Below, piece by piece: positions 31,088 through 40,610 of a DNA stretch of 64,000 nt (the stretch's first letter is position 1; each line of letters begins with the position of its first letter). A program made the position numbers and the translations under genes. Location: positions 352,001-416,000 of the forward strand of contig CBFIDD010000002.1 of NCBI GenBank assembly GCA_965661285.1, read 5' to 3'. The stretch is from Poseidonia sp. Lineage in GTDB: Archaea > Thermoplasmatota > Poseidoniia > Poseidoniales > Poseidoniaceae. The notes under the pieces are model-generated. The model was not told the origin of the DNA and ran no database searches. It was given only the letters and a program-made list of their open reading frames with translations.

Positions 31088-31702
31088 GTGGTCGACATCC
31101 GTGCACTCGGCGTCGTGCCCTACGATGAAGCGCAGGCGCTCATGAAAGACCTCCAACAGCAGCGTATCGAAGGTACCATTCCCGACACGCTGCTGCTTCT
31201 TTCCCACCCCGAAGTGGTCACGGTCGGGCCTCGCGCCCGGAACGACGGCCTCCGCCCCCCGGAGGGCTACGCGACGGTTGCCGTTGACCGTGGAGGCGGC
31301 CTGACCTGGCACGGACCAGGCCAGGTGGTGGGCTATCCGATTTTCAAGTGGGGTAAGCGCGAAGGCGAAGCCTCGGTGGCCGACATCATTCACATCATCG
31401 AAGGGTGGCTCATTGACACATTGGCGACCTTTGGAATCAATGGCGAGCGAGACAACCGAATGCAGGGCGTGTGGGTCGACGGGCGCAAAGTCTGCAGCAT
31501 CGGTCTCTCCTTCCTGCGCTGGGTTTCTCGCCATGGATTCTCCGTCAACCTCAACACGCCCCCGGGACGTGTGGAGGGCGTGGCCGGGTGCGGTCTCGCT
31601 GCCGACACGACGACCTCACTGAGCGCCCTCGGCTACGAGGTCGCAGCCGATTCATTCATCGAGGCGCTTGTTTCCATCGTCCACCGAACGCTCGGCGTTT
31701 GA
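31088..31702 (+). CDS. lipB: Lipoyl(octanoyl) transferase
   Basis: DRGGGLTWHGPGQVVGYP, KVCSIG, HGFSVN, catalytic Cys in AGCGL. Confidence 0.9.
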   Translation: MVDIRALGVVPYDEAQALMKDLQQQRIEGTIPDTLLLLSHPEVVTVGPRARNDGLRPPEGYATVAVDRGGGLTWHGPGQVVGYPIFKWGKREGEASVADIIHIIEGWLIDTLATFGINGERDNRMQGVWVDGRKVCSIGLSFLRWVSRHGFSVNLNTPPGRVEGVAGCGLAADTTTSLSALGYEVAADSFIEALVSIVHRTLGV

Positions 31703-32110
31703 GGACAGCGAAGGCGGTCGGCTCGACCAAATCGCCCAGGTCCCCGTCGCACTCGCCACAAGCCGCTCGCCCACCTTGACCTCGCCCGCCAAATGCGCCA
31801 CGTTCTTTCCGCGTCGCACCACGCGCCCCTCCGCCACCAGACGTTCACCGGGTCGGGCGGCCGCAAGGAAACTCGTGGAGAGTTGCGCGGTCGCGCACCA
31901 TTCTTCCACCTTCAGGGACGCCACGAGCGCACTGCCGAGGGCTGAATCGAGCAGCATCATGTGAATCCCGCCGTGGGCCACGCCGCCTTTGTTGAGGTGG
32001 TCTTCTTTCAGCGTGAGTTCCAATCGCGAAGCGCCGGGCGTCCACAGCGTCCGCTCCACGCCCGAATCCGCCATGTAGCCGATCATCTCGGGAGGGGAGG
32101 AGAGCGTCAC
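31652..32110 (-). CDS. PaaI-family thioesterase
   Basis: HLNKGGVAHGG...LLD hotdog-fold motif. Confidence 0.88.
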   Translation of the reverse strand: MTLSSPPEMIGYMADSGVERTLWTPGASRLELTLKEDHLNKGGVAHGGIHMMLLDSALGSALVASLKVEEWCATAQLSTSFLAAARPGERLVAEGRVVRRGKNVAHLAGEVKVGERLVASATGTWAIWSSRPPSLSSNAERSVDDGNKRLDE

Positions 32111-32574
32111 TGGCTCATCACCCCGACGACCTTCACCAGAATGCGTTTGTTGCGTTGTCCGTCAAATTCGGCGTAGTGAATCTGCTCCCACGTGCCCAAA
32201 TGCAAGCGCCCGTCGCGCACCGGCATCGTGACCTGCTGGCCCAACAATTGCCTCTTGAGATGTGCATCCCCGTTGTCCTCCCCCGTGCGGTGGTGGTGGT
32301 ATTCCTCCCCCTGGCGACCGTCGCTGCCGTAGAAAGGTGCCAGCTTCTCGAGCCACGTCATGATGTCGTGGTGCAAACCGTACTCCAAGTCGTTGACATA
32401 ACACGAGGCGGTGATGTGCATCGGGTTCACCAAGACAAGGCCGTCGGCAATGCCGCTCTGGGCGACGATGCGCTCGACGTCTCGGGTAATGCAGACGATT
32501 TCGTAGCGTTTCTCGGTGTTGATGTGCAGTTCTTCCACGTAGGTGGCGGCGGTTCCGGTTACAAGGGTCCCCAT
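32107..32574 (-). CDS. YjbQ/UPF0047 family protein
   Basis: HITAS, DNGDAHLK, LGTWEQIHYAEFDG. Confidence 0.9.
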   Translation of the reverse strand: MGTLVTGTAATYVEELHINTEKRYEIVCITRDVERIVAQSGIADGLVLVNPMHITASCYVNDLEYGLHHDIMTWLEKLAPFYGSDGRQGEEYHHHRTGEDNGDAHLKRQLLGQQVTMPVRDGRLHLGTWEQIHYAEFDGQRNKRILVKVVGVMSQ

Positions 32575-32652
32575 GTGTGCGCCTTCTGTGTGCGGTCAAA
32601 GAACGATTGGGCGAAATCAACCCTTCATAAGTCCACCCGGACCCACTCAACC

Positions 32653-33300
32653 ATGCGCACCGTCACGCTCGTCCTCCTCGTGGCGGTGTTTGCTCTTCCC
32701 TTGGCCAGCGCCGAAACCTACAGGATTTCAGGTCAGGCCACCTACAACGACAACACGCCCGTGATGCTGCGCGACGTCTACGTCGAGTGCCCTCCTGGCG
32801 AAGTTGACTGCTACCAGTACCGGGGTGCCAGCGCCATCACGGACGCTAACGGCGTGTTTCTCATCGCCATCGAAGTCGAGCAGGAGGACGACGGCACCGA
32901 AATCTACCTACAGCTGCGCGGAGAGAACTTCACCCACGTGATTGACCTCGACACCTTTCGCAACACCAGCGAAGGGAAGATGACGCAGCACATTCGGCTG
33001 GCCCAGGACGGCTCGGGCTCGGGCTTCTTTGGCGGACTGGGGTGCTGCATGGTCCTCTTCGGGCTGGTCTTCATGTCCACGCTGCTTCGAACCGTATCCG
33101 GCCTTGCCACGCCCCGAGGGCGAGCGGCCTTCCAAGGCTACCGTGAGCCCGACCGGCACAACTGTCCGGTGTGTGACGAGAGCGTAGCGCAGCACAACCT
33201 GGTGAAGCACCTCATTTTCGAGCATGATTACGACCCGATGGATGCGGGTGAAGCGGCGGGGCTTGTGATGCGGAAATCCTGGTCAAAGAGCGATGAATGA
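32653..33300 (+). CDS. Single-pass membrane protein with a cytoplasmic C2H2-type zinc finger
   Basis: Signal peptide (ASA cleavage), beta-rich ectodomain, TM, then CPVC-X9-HLIFEH. Confidence 0.75.
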   Translation: MRTVTLVLLVAVFALPLASAETYRISGQATYNDNTPVMLRDVYVECPPGEVDCYQYRGASAITDANGVFLIAIEVEQEDDGTEIYLQLRGENFTHVIDLDTFRNTSEGKMTQHIRLAQDGSGSGFFGGLGCCMVLFGLVFMSTLLRTVSGLATPRGRAAFQGYREPDRHNCPVCDESVAQHNLVKHLIFEHDYDPMDAGEAAGLVMRKSWSKSDE

Positions 33301-33572
33301 ATCACCCAAAGGCATCCATATGGGCAGCGTTGTGAAAGGCCCACTGCGACCCCTCGGAAACATGCAGAGTATGTGCAAAGGTGTTTAGGGTAACCCCTCC
33401 TAAACATATGCAGTTCATTTATTCACTTCACTAGATCACTATGTCTCATTGTGCAGCGTTGTTTAATCCCCCCTACAAATCCATGGATACAGCAGAGCCG
33501 TTGTTAACCTGCAATTATAAGATTCATTCTTGGGGGTTCATTTTTTTTATGCGAGAGGAGTGGTAAACTTCA

Positions 33573-33893
33573 ATGCCAACCTGTAGGACATGCTCTTTGA
33601 CTTATCCACAGTCCTCGGTTTATTGTCCAAATTGTGGTACAAACAATGTGCCACCACCTGTGCCTCCGAAAGCGAGTGCCCAAGTCGCATATCAACCACG
33701 ACATCAAACAATTGTTCAGCCGCAAAGGATGCCTGCACAACAACCGCAGGTTGTTTATGTAAACCAGAAAGGCAGCAGCGGATTCAACGTACTGATGTGG
33801 CTAATAGTGTTCATCATTTTGGGAGGCATTGGTCTAGTTTGCTTCTTGCCAGGATTGCTCTATGTACTCGCTAGTTCTCTTGCCGGAAGTTAG
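33573..33893 (+). CDS. Zinc-ribbon membrane protein, lower GC than its neighbours
   Basis: CRTC...CPNCG, Pro/Gln-rich linker, hydrophobic C-terminus. Confidence 0.75.
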   Translation: MPTCRTCSLTYPQSSVYCPNCGTNNVPPPVPPKASAQVAYQPRHQTIVQPQRMPAQQPQVVYVNQKGSSGFNVLMWLIVFIILGGIGLVCFLPGLLYVLASSLAGS

Positions 33894-34066
33894 GGCATTT
33901 GGGTTTACGGATTTCCGAAAACAACTTCCTTCACAAGGGCCCCCCTTGTAGTCCTATACGACATCGAGGGTACCGTTGTGTATACTCGCAGCCATCCGAA
34001 CAGGTGTGAAAAAATCGTAGAGAGAAAGAACAAGAGGCTAAATGGGAGAGCCACCGGTTTTGGCTC

Positions 34067-34636
34067 ATGGGCGAGGTCGTCATCGGCATTTCTGGCGCTT
34101 CAGGAGCCATCTACGGCAAGCGCCTCGCTGAGGTCCTGTCCGACATGGGCAAGACCGTTCGCCTGGTCGTCACCGACTCGGGCAAGATCACCCTCAAGCA
34201 CGAGTGCGACACCACGCCCGAAGCCGTGGCTAAAGCCACGAACGCCATCCTCGAAGACGCCAAGAACGTCGGTGCGAAGTCCGCCTCTGGCTCGGCCAAA
34301 ATCGATGCGGTGGTCATCTGCCCCTGTTCAGGCACCACCATCGGCAAACTCGCTGCCGGTATCTCTGACAACCTCGTGACCCGCTCGGCCATCGTCGCCC
34401 TGAAGGAGCGCCGCAAGCTCATCATCGTGCCCCGAGAGGCACCTTACGCCACCGTTCACCTCGAAAACATGGCCAAACTTTCCCAGTGGGGCACCATCGT
34501 CATTCCCGCTTCGCCTGGTTTCTACAACCACCCGAAGAACATCGACGACATGGTGGACTTCATCATCGCACGTATCCTTGACCAACTCGGGTATGAACAC
34601 GACATCGGACGCCGTTGGACCGGCGATGAAGTCTGA
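34067..34636 (+). CDS. ubiX: UbiX-family flavin prenyltransferase
   Basis: GISGASG, SASGS, PCS, DNLVTR, LKERR, PRE, PGFY. Confidence 0.93.
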   Translation: MGEVVIGISGASGAIYGKRLAEVLSDMGKTVRLVVTDSGKITLKHECDTTPEAVAKATNAILEDAKNVGAKSASGSAKIDAVVICPCSGTTIGKLAAGISDNLVTRSAIVALKERRKLIIVPREAPYATVHLENMAKLSQWGTIVIPASPGFYNHPKNIDDMVDFIIARILDQLGYEHDIGRRWTGDEV

Positions 34637-34687
34637 AAAGACGCCGGACCGCCGACTTCTTGAACAATGGAGTCGAGGGGACCATGA

Positions 34688-36442
34688 GTGAGTCCCATGG
34701 ACCTTGAAGGCAAGACCGTCGCCGACCTGAAAGACATGCTCCGAGAACAGGGGCTCCCCGTCAGCGGAAACAAGTCCCAACTCATTGAACGATTGGAGGC
34801 CAGCAACCCTACTGACGCGGTGCTCAACCTGGAGGATGACCCGAACGACAATGCGGGTCTGCTTACCGAAGAAAACCTGCCCTGGTGGCGAAGTACGGAT
34901 GTGCTTACTCCTCAGGCGTTGATGGCGATCGGCGTCGTGGTCTTGATGGTCACCGCCGTCTTTGTGTTCCGACCTACATGGCTTGGATTCACACCCTCCT
35001 ACGAATACGACCTCATCGAATACGATGCTGCCCAAACCCGAGCCTTTGCCGAAGACCTCGTGGCGCTTGGCCATCCCGAATGGGAAGGTCGCATGAGCGG
35101 CACCGTGGAAGAGGCCAATACCTCGGCGTACATCGCTGCGCAATTTGAAGCGATGGGCATGACCGCTACCGAGCATTCCTATCAGGTACCGATGCACAGT
35201 GTGAATTCCGAACCGAGTCTGCGCATTTGCATTCAGGGCTTTGGCGGCAACAGTCCGTGTGAGGGGCCGCTGGCCATCGGCACGCAGATCATCCAGTTCC
35301 AGCACCGCGTGGATTATGTCATCCAAGGCTTCTCTGGACGCTCGGAATACACCTTCGACCAGAACGTGGCAATGACCGATTTGGGCAACGGCAGCGACGA
35401 TTCCTTGTGGGCTTCCGCCAGCGGCTCCGTGGGCTATGTCCGCAGCGGCGGCAGCGTCGGCGGCAACACCGATTTGATGTCGCTTGCCGCTGAGAACAAC
35501 CTCGCAGGCCTCATCCGAGTCAACAAGGATTACAACTGCGGGAAAATCGAGAACACCGACTGCGTGCCCATCTTCAAGGGCACGGGCATCGACGCCATCA
35601 CCCAAGCCAACGGTGGAAGCGTGCCCACCGAACTCCCGTTCATCGCCATGTCCCGAGACGCCGGTGAAATTCTTGAGCAGGCCATCTTCAACGCAACCGG
35701 TCCTCCCGGCGTCTTGGAGATGATCATCGACGTCACCAATGACCAAGAGCGCACCATCTACGTGCCCTGTGGCGAAATTCGAGGCAAAACTTCCGACGTC
35801 GTCATTGTCGGCGGCCACCACGACACCGTCTACCACGCCCAGGGCGGGGTGGACGACACCTCGGGAACGGCGAGTGTGATGGAGATGGGGCGGCAACTCA
35901 GCGAGATCGTCAACGAAACCGGAACCCCAGAGCGAACCTTACGCTTCTGTACCTGGGGCGGCGAAGAAGAGGGCTTGTACGGCAGTCGCGCCTATGTTGA
36001 GGCCTTCCAAAACAGCCTGAGGGACAACCTTCGCCTCTACATCAACCTCGACATGAATCACGTGGATGCCGACACGGCCAACCGAGGCAATTCCGTGACC
36101 CTCTTTGGGAACAACCAGGACGACATGGACCACATCGCCCGAATCACAGCGATGTACAAGAACGACCGCTCGGATGTGGCCGACCGCTACGACATCCGGC
36201 TCTCCACCTTGACCGGCGACAAAGGCGCCTCGGACGGGATGCCGTACAACTCCGACCACGGACCGTTCGTCTACGATTTGGGTGAAGGGAAGAACGGGCG
36301 AGCCGTCGTGTGTTATGGCAGCGGAAGTTGGGAATACCACACCTACGCCGACACCATGGAGCGCTTCAACGAGGAATCCCTCGGCGTGTCGGTGACCATC
36401 TACGGCACCTACATGCGCTTCTTGGCCTATTCGGATTTCTGA
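34688..36442 (+). CDS. M28-family metallopeptidase with N-terminal SAP domain, TM anchor and PA-like insert
   Basis: SAP motif TVADLK...GLPVSGNKSQLIERL; TM; GGHHD, GGVDDTSG, GEEEGLYGS, NLDM, SDH, YHTYAD. Confidence 0.9.
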   Translation: MSPMDLEGKTVADLKDMLREQGLPVSGNKSQLIERLEASNPTDAVLNLEDDPNDNAGLLTEENLPWWRSTDVLTPQALMAIGVVVLMVTAVFVFRPTWLGFTPSYEYDLIEYDAAQTRAFAEDLVALGHPEWEGRMSGTVEEANTSAYIAAQFEAMGMTATEHSYQVPMHSVNSEPSLRICIQGFGGNSPCEGPLAIGTQIIQFQHRVDYVIQGFSGRSEYTFDQNVAMTDLGNGSDDSLWASASGSVGYVRSGGSVGGNTDLMSLAAENNLAGLIRVNKDYNCGKIENTDCVPIFKGTGIDAITQANGGSVPTELPFIAMSRDAGEILEQAIFNATGPPGVLEMIIDVTNDQERTIYVPCGEIRGKTSDVVIVGGHHDTVYHAQGGVDDTSGTASVMEMGRQLSEIVNETGTPERTLRFCTWGGEEEGLYGSRAYVEAFQNSLRDNLRLYINLDMNHVDADTANRGNSVTLFGNNQDDMDHIARITAMYKNDRSDVADRYDIRLSTLTGDKGASDGMPYNSDHGPFVYDLGEGKNGRAVVCYGSGSWEYHTYADTMERFNEESLGVSVTIYGTYMRFLAYSDF

Positions 36443-36479
36443 GCGTGGGGTTCAAAACACGACGACAGGTGGGCATTTC

Positions 36480-36773
36480 ATGGTCGCACCGAGTGCATGG
36501 GCCTCCCACATCCTTGTGGATTCTAAGAGCGAAGCCCTTCAGATCAAAGAGAAGGTCGGGAAGCTGAAGGATTTCCAAAAACTGGCACGGAAGAAAAGCA
36601 CGTGCCCCTCCAGCCAAAAGGGCGGCGACCTCGGATGGTTTCGCAAAGGCCAGATGGTCGCAGCCTTCCAAGAGGCGGTGTGGTCCACGCCGCTGAAGAC
36701 CGTATCCTCGCCCGTGAAAACCCAGTTTGGCTACCACCTCATTTGGGTTCACGAGCGCGACGAAGACCAGTGA
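36480..36773 (+). CDS. Parvulin-type peptidyl-prolyl isomerase
   Basis: ASHILV, STCPSSQKGGDLGWF, QMV, VKTQFGYHLI. Confidence 0.93.
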   Translation: MVAPSAWASHILVDSKSEALQIKEKVGKLKDFQKLARKKSTCPSSQKGGDLGWFRKGQMVAAFQEAVWSTPLKTVSSPVKTQFGYHLIWVHERDEDQ

Positions 36774-36782
36774 GGCGAGACC

Positions 36783-37145
36783 GTGCAGTGGCGTGTTGGT
36801 CTCGAAGCCTACGAAGTGAAGGCGGTTCACGGCTACTATGACAGAGAACATGCGGCACCGCAACCCTTCATCTTCACCGTCTGGGCCACCCTTGCGGGGA
36901 ACGGTCGCATAGAAGCGCTGGAGGAGACCCTCAACTACGCTGACATTCAAATCGCCATCGACGAGGTGATGCACAACACCCCCCAACCCATTCGGCTCAT
37001 GGAGGAGATGGCGCAAGCCGTCGTCGACCGACTCGCTCAACATACGGCCATCGCCAGCCTCAGCGTGCGCATCGAGAAGCCCAACGCACCGCTTCCCCAC
37101 CCGGGGGGTCTGCCCGCAATTGAGGTCCTTTGGCACCGAGATTGA
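36783..37145 (+). CDS. folB: Dihydroneopterin aldolase (bacterial type)
   Basis: HGYYDRE, ETLNY, LMEE, IEKP motifs. Confidence 0.85.
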   Translation: MQWRVGLEAYEVKAVHGYYDREHAAPQPFIFTVWATLAGNGRIEALEETLNYADIQIAIDEVMHNTPQPIRLMEEMAQAVVDRLAQHTAIASLSVRIEKPNAPLPHPGGLPAIEVLWHRD

Positions 37146-37180
37146 GCGATGCTTAAACGCCAGCAGGCCCAGCCGCCTCC

Positions 37181-37666
37181 ATGGTCATGACCGGTCGCGT
37201 CTATGTCCCAAGCGCCGTAGAGAAAGGCGGCGCCGTGGTCGGCATGGGGTGCTTCAGCAGTCAGGAGACGGCCTTGAATGTCCTGCGTTCGTTTCTCAAA
37301 AAGTCCCATCAGGTGCCCCTTGAACGCGCCAGCGTTGCTGCATGGGAAGTGGACGTCGTCGGCGATGACGCCATGACCGTGCTCTCAGAATACGAGTGCA
37401 GAACCTGCCCGGTCTGTCATCGCACCACGTTTTGGCTTGACATTCAGCGATTCAAAGCCAAATGCTACGGTTCGGCCTGTGGAGCATGGATTGAGGAAAG
37501 CGCCGTCGAAGCCGATGTCATCGATTGTGGGTGGCCGCCAACACAATTTGCGGAACAGGTCGAATCTATAGATGAGGCCATGCGCTCGTTGCGACGCATT
37601 GCAGCCAAAGCAGAGTCAGCGGGCCTTTCAGCCATTGACGAACGATTTTCCCTGGATGATGTTTGA
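37181..37666 (+). CDS. Hypothetical protein with a putative Zn-binding Cys cluster
   Basis: CRTCPVC...KCYGSAC; in an operon-like arrangement. Confidence 0.7.
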   Translation: MVMTGRVYVPSAVEKGGAVVGMGCFSSQETALNVLRSFLKKSHQVPLERASVAAWEVDVVGDDAMTVLSEYECRTCPVCHRTTFWLDIQRFKAKCYGSACGAWIEESAVEADVIDCGWPPTQFAEQVESIDEAMRSLRRIAAKAESAGLSAIDERFSLDDV

Positions 37667-37698
37667 TTCTTTATGTAGGGTTGACCGGTTGTTCTGCC

Positions 37699-38001
37699 AT
37701 GTCAACCCGTTTGCACACCATCCCAGGCACGGAGGAAAACCTCAGCCTCGTTCACGACGCCACACCCTTCAATCCGGGGAGGGTCTCGGCTCCCCACGCC
37801 GTCCTCGTGGACGGCATTCGAGGCGTGGCCTCCATCGGCAGCCACGGTGCGTACAGCACGCGAATCGTCATCACGCTCGAGGAAGACCATCCCGAGTTGG
37901 GCAGAGAATTCGGGACCAAATATTTCCTCATCGACGAGCCGGGCGTGGTCACGTGGGGCCATGAAGGCAAGTCGTTCAACATTGAGAAAATCATTGACTA
38001 A
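37699..38001 (+). CDS. Hypothetical protein
   Basis: 100-aa ORF with genome-typical codon usage that fills the gap between genes. Confidence 0.65.
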   Translation: MSTRLHTIPGTEENLSLVHDATPFNPGRVSAPHAVLVDGIRGVASIGSHGAYSTRIVITLEEDHPELGREFGTKYFLIDEPGVVTWGHEGKSFNIEKIID

Positions 38002-38058
38002 CCTCAACCAGTGAACTGGCAAACAGTCCTTCAAAACCAAAAGGACCAATCTCACCAC

Positions 38059-38892
38059 ATGCCCGAAGGCCCCGAAATACGTCGTGCGGCCGATAAGATC
38101 GGAAAAGCACTGGTCGGGAAGGTCATTGAGGACGGTGAGTGGCCCTATCCCTCCCTTTCCGGGGCAGAATCGTTCATCCTCGGCCACGAAGTCTTGAGCG
38201 TGACCAGCCGAGCCAAAGCCATGCTCATCCGATTCAGCAGCGGCTACACCATGTACAGCCACAACCAACTCTACGGGCGCTGGACGGTCCACCTCAAGAC
38301 CACCGACCCGCGCTCACGCCGAAGCCTCCGTGCCGCCTTTATAACCGATAAACACGCCGTTCGCCTGTGGTCTGCCACCGACATTTCCCTGTTGCCCACG
38401 CCCGAGGAAAACGGCCATCCCTTCCTCGCCCGGCTTGGTCCTGACGTTCTGGATGAAGACATCACAGGTGACCATCTGCTTACCCATCTCAAATCAAAAA
38501 GCATTCACCGAAAAAAGGGCGCCACGCTGATGCTCGACCAGCGAAGCTTCGCGGGTCTTGGAAACTACCTGCGCTCCGAAATTCTTCACGCTGCGGGCGT
38601 GCACCCCGATGACCGCCCGTGCGACTTGGATGAAGAAACGCTGGCGAGGTGGGCAACCTGCATCAAGTCCGTCACCGTTCAAGCCTACGAGCACGGTGGC
38701 GTCACGGTTGACCTTGACGTGGCACAGGCCAGCAAGACACGTGGCGAGCCTCGCCGAATGTGGCGCCACGCCGTGTTCTGTCGCAACGACCGGCCCTGCC
38801 TCTCGTGCGGTGACCTCGTCGTTCGCCTACGCTATGGAGGCCGTCGTCTGGACTACTGCCCGACATGCCAGCCTTCGCGAAGAGGTTCATAA
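38059..38892 (+). CDS. nei: Endonuclease VIII (Fpg/Nei DNA glycosylase)
   Basis: N-terminal MPEGPE, YSHNQLYG, LGPD, AGLGNYLRSEIL (H2TH), C-terminal zinc finger. Confidence 0.93.
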   Translation: MPEGPEIRRAADKIGKALVGKVIEDGEWPYPSLSGAESFILGHEVLSVTSRAKAMLIRFSSGYTMYSHNQLYGRWTVHLKTTDPRSRRSLRAAFITDKHAVRLWSATDISLLPTPEENGHPFLARLGPDVLDEDITGDHLLTHLKSKSIHRKKGATLMLDQRSFAGLGNYLRSEILHAAGVHPDDRPCDLDEETLARWATCIKSVTVQAYEHGGVTVDLDVAQASKTRGEPRRMWRHAVFCRNDRPCLSCGDLVVRLRYGGRRLDYCPTCQPSRRGS

Positions 38893-40563
38893 CCACGAAC
38901 GCAAATCGCCCTCAGGAGGGCGTATCTCGCTTCCTGCTTGGAGCGTCGTGCGAACGTGTGCAAACGTGCCGGCATCGATGGCTTTCTCCTCGTCTGCACG
39001 GCGCATGACGTTCTTGTTGGCGATCGCCATGCGACGGTTTCCGGTGAAGGCCTCCCGATGACGGTTCAGATAGGCCCAGTACAATCGGGTCATTGGACAG
39101 GTTTTCTTGTGGTGAAATTGGCATGATTTGCAGTGGTCGCTCATGCGGTTGATGTAGGCCGAGCCGGCCACATAGGGTTTGGTCATCATCGCCGTTCCCA
39201 GGGCAAAGGTTCCCATTCCCAGCACGTTGGGCTCCACAACCCAGTCGTACGCATCAATGAACGCAGCATGAAACCAATCGGTCAGCGCCCGCGGATTGAC
39301 ATCCAAAAGATTCGCCACGTTGCTCAGCACCATCAAGCGAGGGATATGGTGGGTCCACCCGTCCTCCATGACCGAAGCGACCGAGGCATCGAGGCAGCGC
39401 AATCCGCTGGTTGCACCCCAGAAGGCGGGAGGAAGGCCGTCGGTTTGTTCCAGATGGTTTGGATGAGGCTCCTCGTCTGCCTGAACGAAACCCTCCCAAC
39501 CGGCACCTCGTATCGATGGCGTTCGTTGCACGTCAAGCGTGCGAAAACCGTCGGTGATGTCGTGGATGTGGTGAACGTATTCGCGCCAGATCATCTGTCG
39601 AACAAAGCCCTCTCTGCTGTTGATGGGGGCGTCGCTGGCAAGGGCAGCCTCGACCACGCGGCTGGGCATCAGTCGGTGCAGATTGACCAGCGTGGCTAAG
39701 CGTGAATGAAAGAGACCGCGACTCTTTTCGGACATGGCGTCCTCGTAGGTTCCAAAATTGGGCAGACAATCCAAAGCAAAACCAAAGGCAGCCTCAATCT
39801 GTTCTCCAGAGGTTGGCTGGTTTTTCAGGTCCACCGTTCCTGGATGTTCACCGTAGCGCGAACGAATCATGGCCTCCACCTCAAGGTCGATGGCGTCCGT
39901 GTCGTAGACCGGTGGTGCAGGGGCTGGCGGGTCACCCTTCCACGGAAACCGATTTTCTGCATCATAACTGTACTTCCCGCCAACGGGTTTTCCATTCTCC
40001 ATCATCCATCCGGTTTGCTGACGCACTTTTCTATAGAACGCATCCATGCGAAATGGCGGTGTTTCCCCCACACTTTCAACAAACCACTCGGGGGGTGTCA
40101 GCCACCCCGGGTGAGCGTGTTCCACGAGCAGACCCGAAGCGACCAGCGGTTCAACTTCGAGGCGCAATTCTCGCTCGGCGTGGCGGAAACAGTGAACGGG
40201 ACCGCAGGCACGAGAGACTTCGCGAAGAGGCGAGGCGTAGTCCGCATCGGTGAGAAGATACAGGACGGGGATGCCTCGGGCTTGGAGCTCGACGGCAAAA
40301 TGGCGCTGATTGGCCAGCAGCACGCCCAATTTCTGCTGATGGTACGGACGGCGTTTGGCCTTGGAAGCGGATTCGATGAGCACCACACCGACATCAGCAG
40401 TCGGAAGGGCGTCGAGGAAGGCCACGTTGAGTTGGTCGTAGGCCAACCACACCCACGACGAGACGGTCTCAGGCCCAACAGGAGAGAGCGTGTCCCCCAA
40501 GGTGCCTGGACGCCCTGCAGCCATGACGGTGCCGTTTGTGAACGAAAATTCGCTCGCAGCCAT
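38887..40563 (-). CDS. Cryptochrome/photolyase, FeS-BCP (PhrB/CryB-like, putative (6-4) photolyase)
   Basis: DQL, HQQK, MDAFYRKVR, PVGGKYSYDAENR, HHIPRLM, DAYDWV, TKPY, four Cys (LRCL, HCKSC, TCPM). Confidence 0.9.
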   Translation of the reverse strand: MAASEFSFTNGTVMAAGRPGTLGDTLSPVGPETVSSWVWLAYDQLNVAFLDALPTADVGVVLIESASKAKRRPYHQQKLGVLLANQRHFAVELQARGIPVLYLLTDADYASPLREVSRACGPVHCFRHAERELRLEVEPLVASGLLVEHAHPGWLTPPEWFVESVGETPPFRMDAFYRKVRQQTGWMMENGKPVGGKYSYDAENRFPWKGDPPAPAPPVYDTDAIDLEVEAMIRSRYGEHPGTVDLKNQPTSGEQIEAAFGFALDCLPNFGTYEDAMSEKSRGLFHSRLATLVNLHRLMPSRVVEAALASDAPINSREGFVRQMIWREYVHHIHDITDGFRTLDVQRTPSIRGAGWEGFVQADEEPHPNHLEQTDGLPPAFWGATSGLRCLDASVASVMEDGWTHHIPRLMVLSNVANLLDVNPRALTDWFHAAFIDAYDWVVEPNVLGMGTFALGTAMMTKPYVAGSAYINRMSDHCKSCQFHHKKTCPMTRLYWAYLNRHREAFTGNRRMAIANKNVMRRADEEKAIDAGTFAHVRTTLQAGSEIRPPEGDLRSWL

Positions 40564-40610
40564 GGTCAAAACAGCGAGATTGGCCGCATAAAGGGCTGCT
40601 TTTTCCCTGC

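Noticed and set aside
32155-32652. Long N-terminal extensions given by the ORF track (32155, 30499, 44036, 45370, 49560)
   Set aside because: They overlap neighbouring genes or promoters; downstream starts match family N-termini.
34328-35896. Long antisense ORFs (this 522-aa one, 19367-20311, 29483-30400, 39706-40617 and others)
   Set aside because: Shadow frames opposite well-identified genes, expected from GC-rich codon bias.
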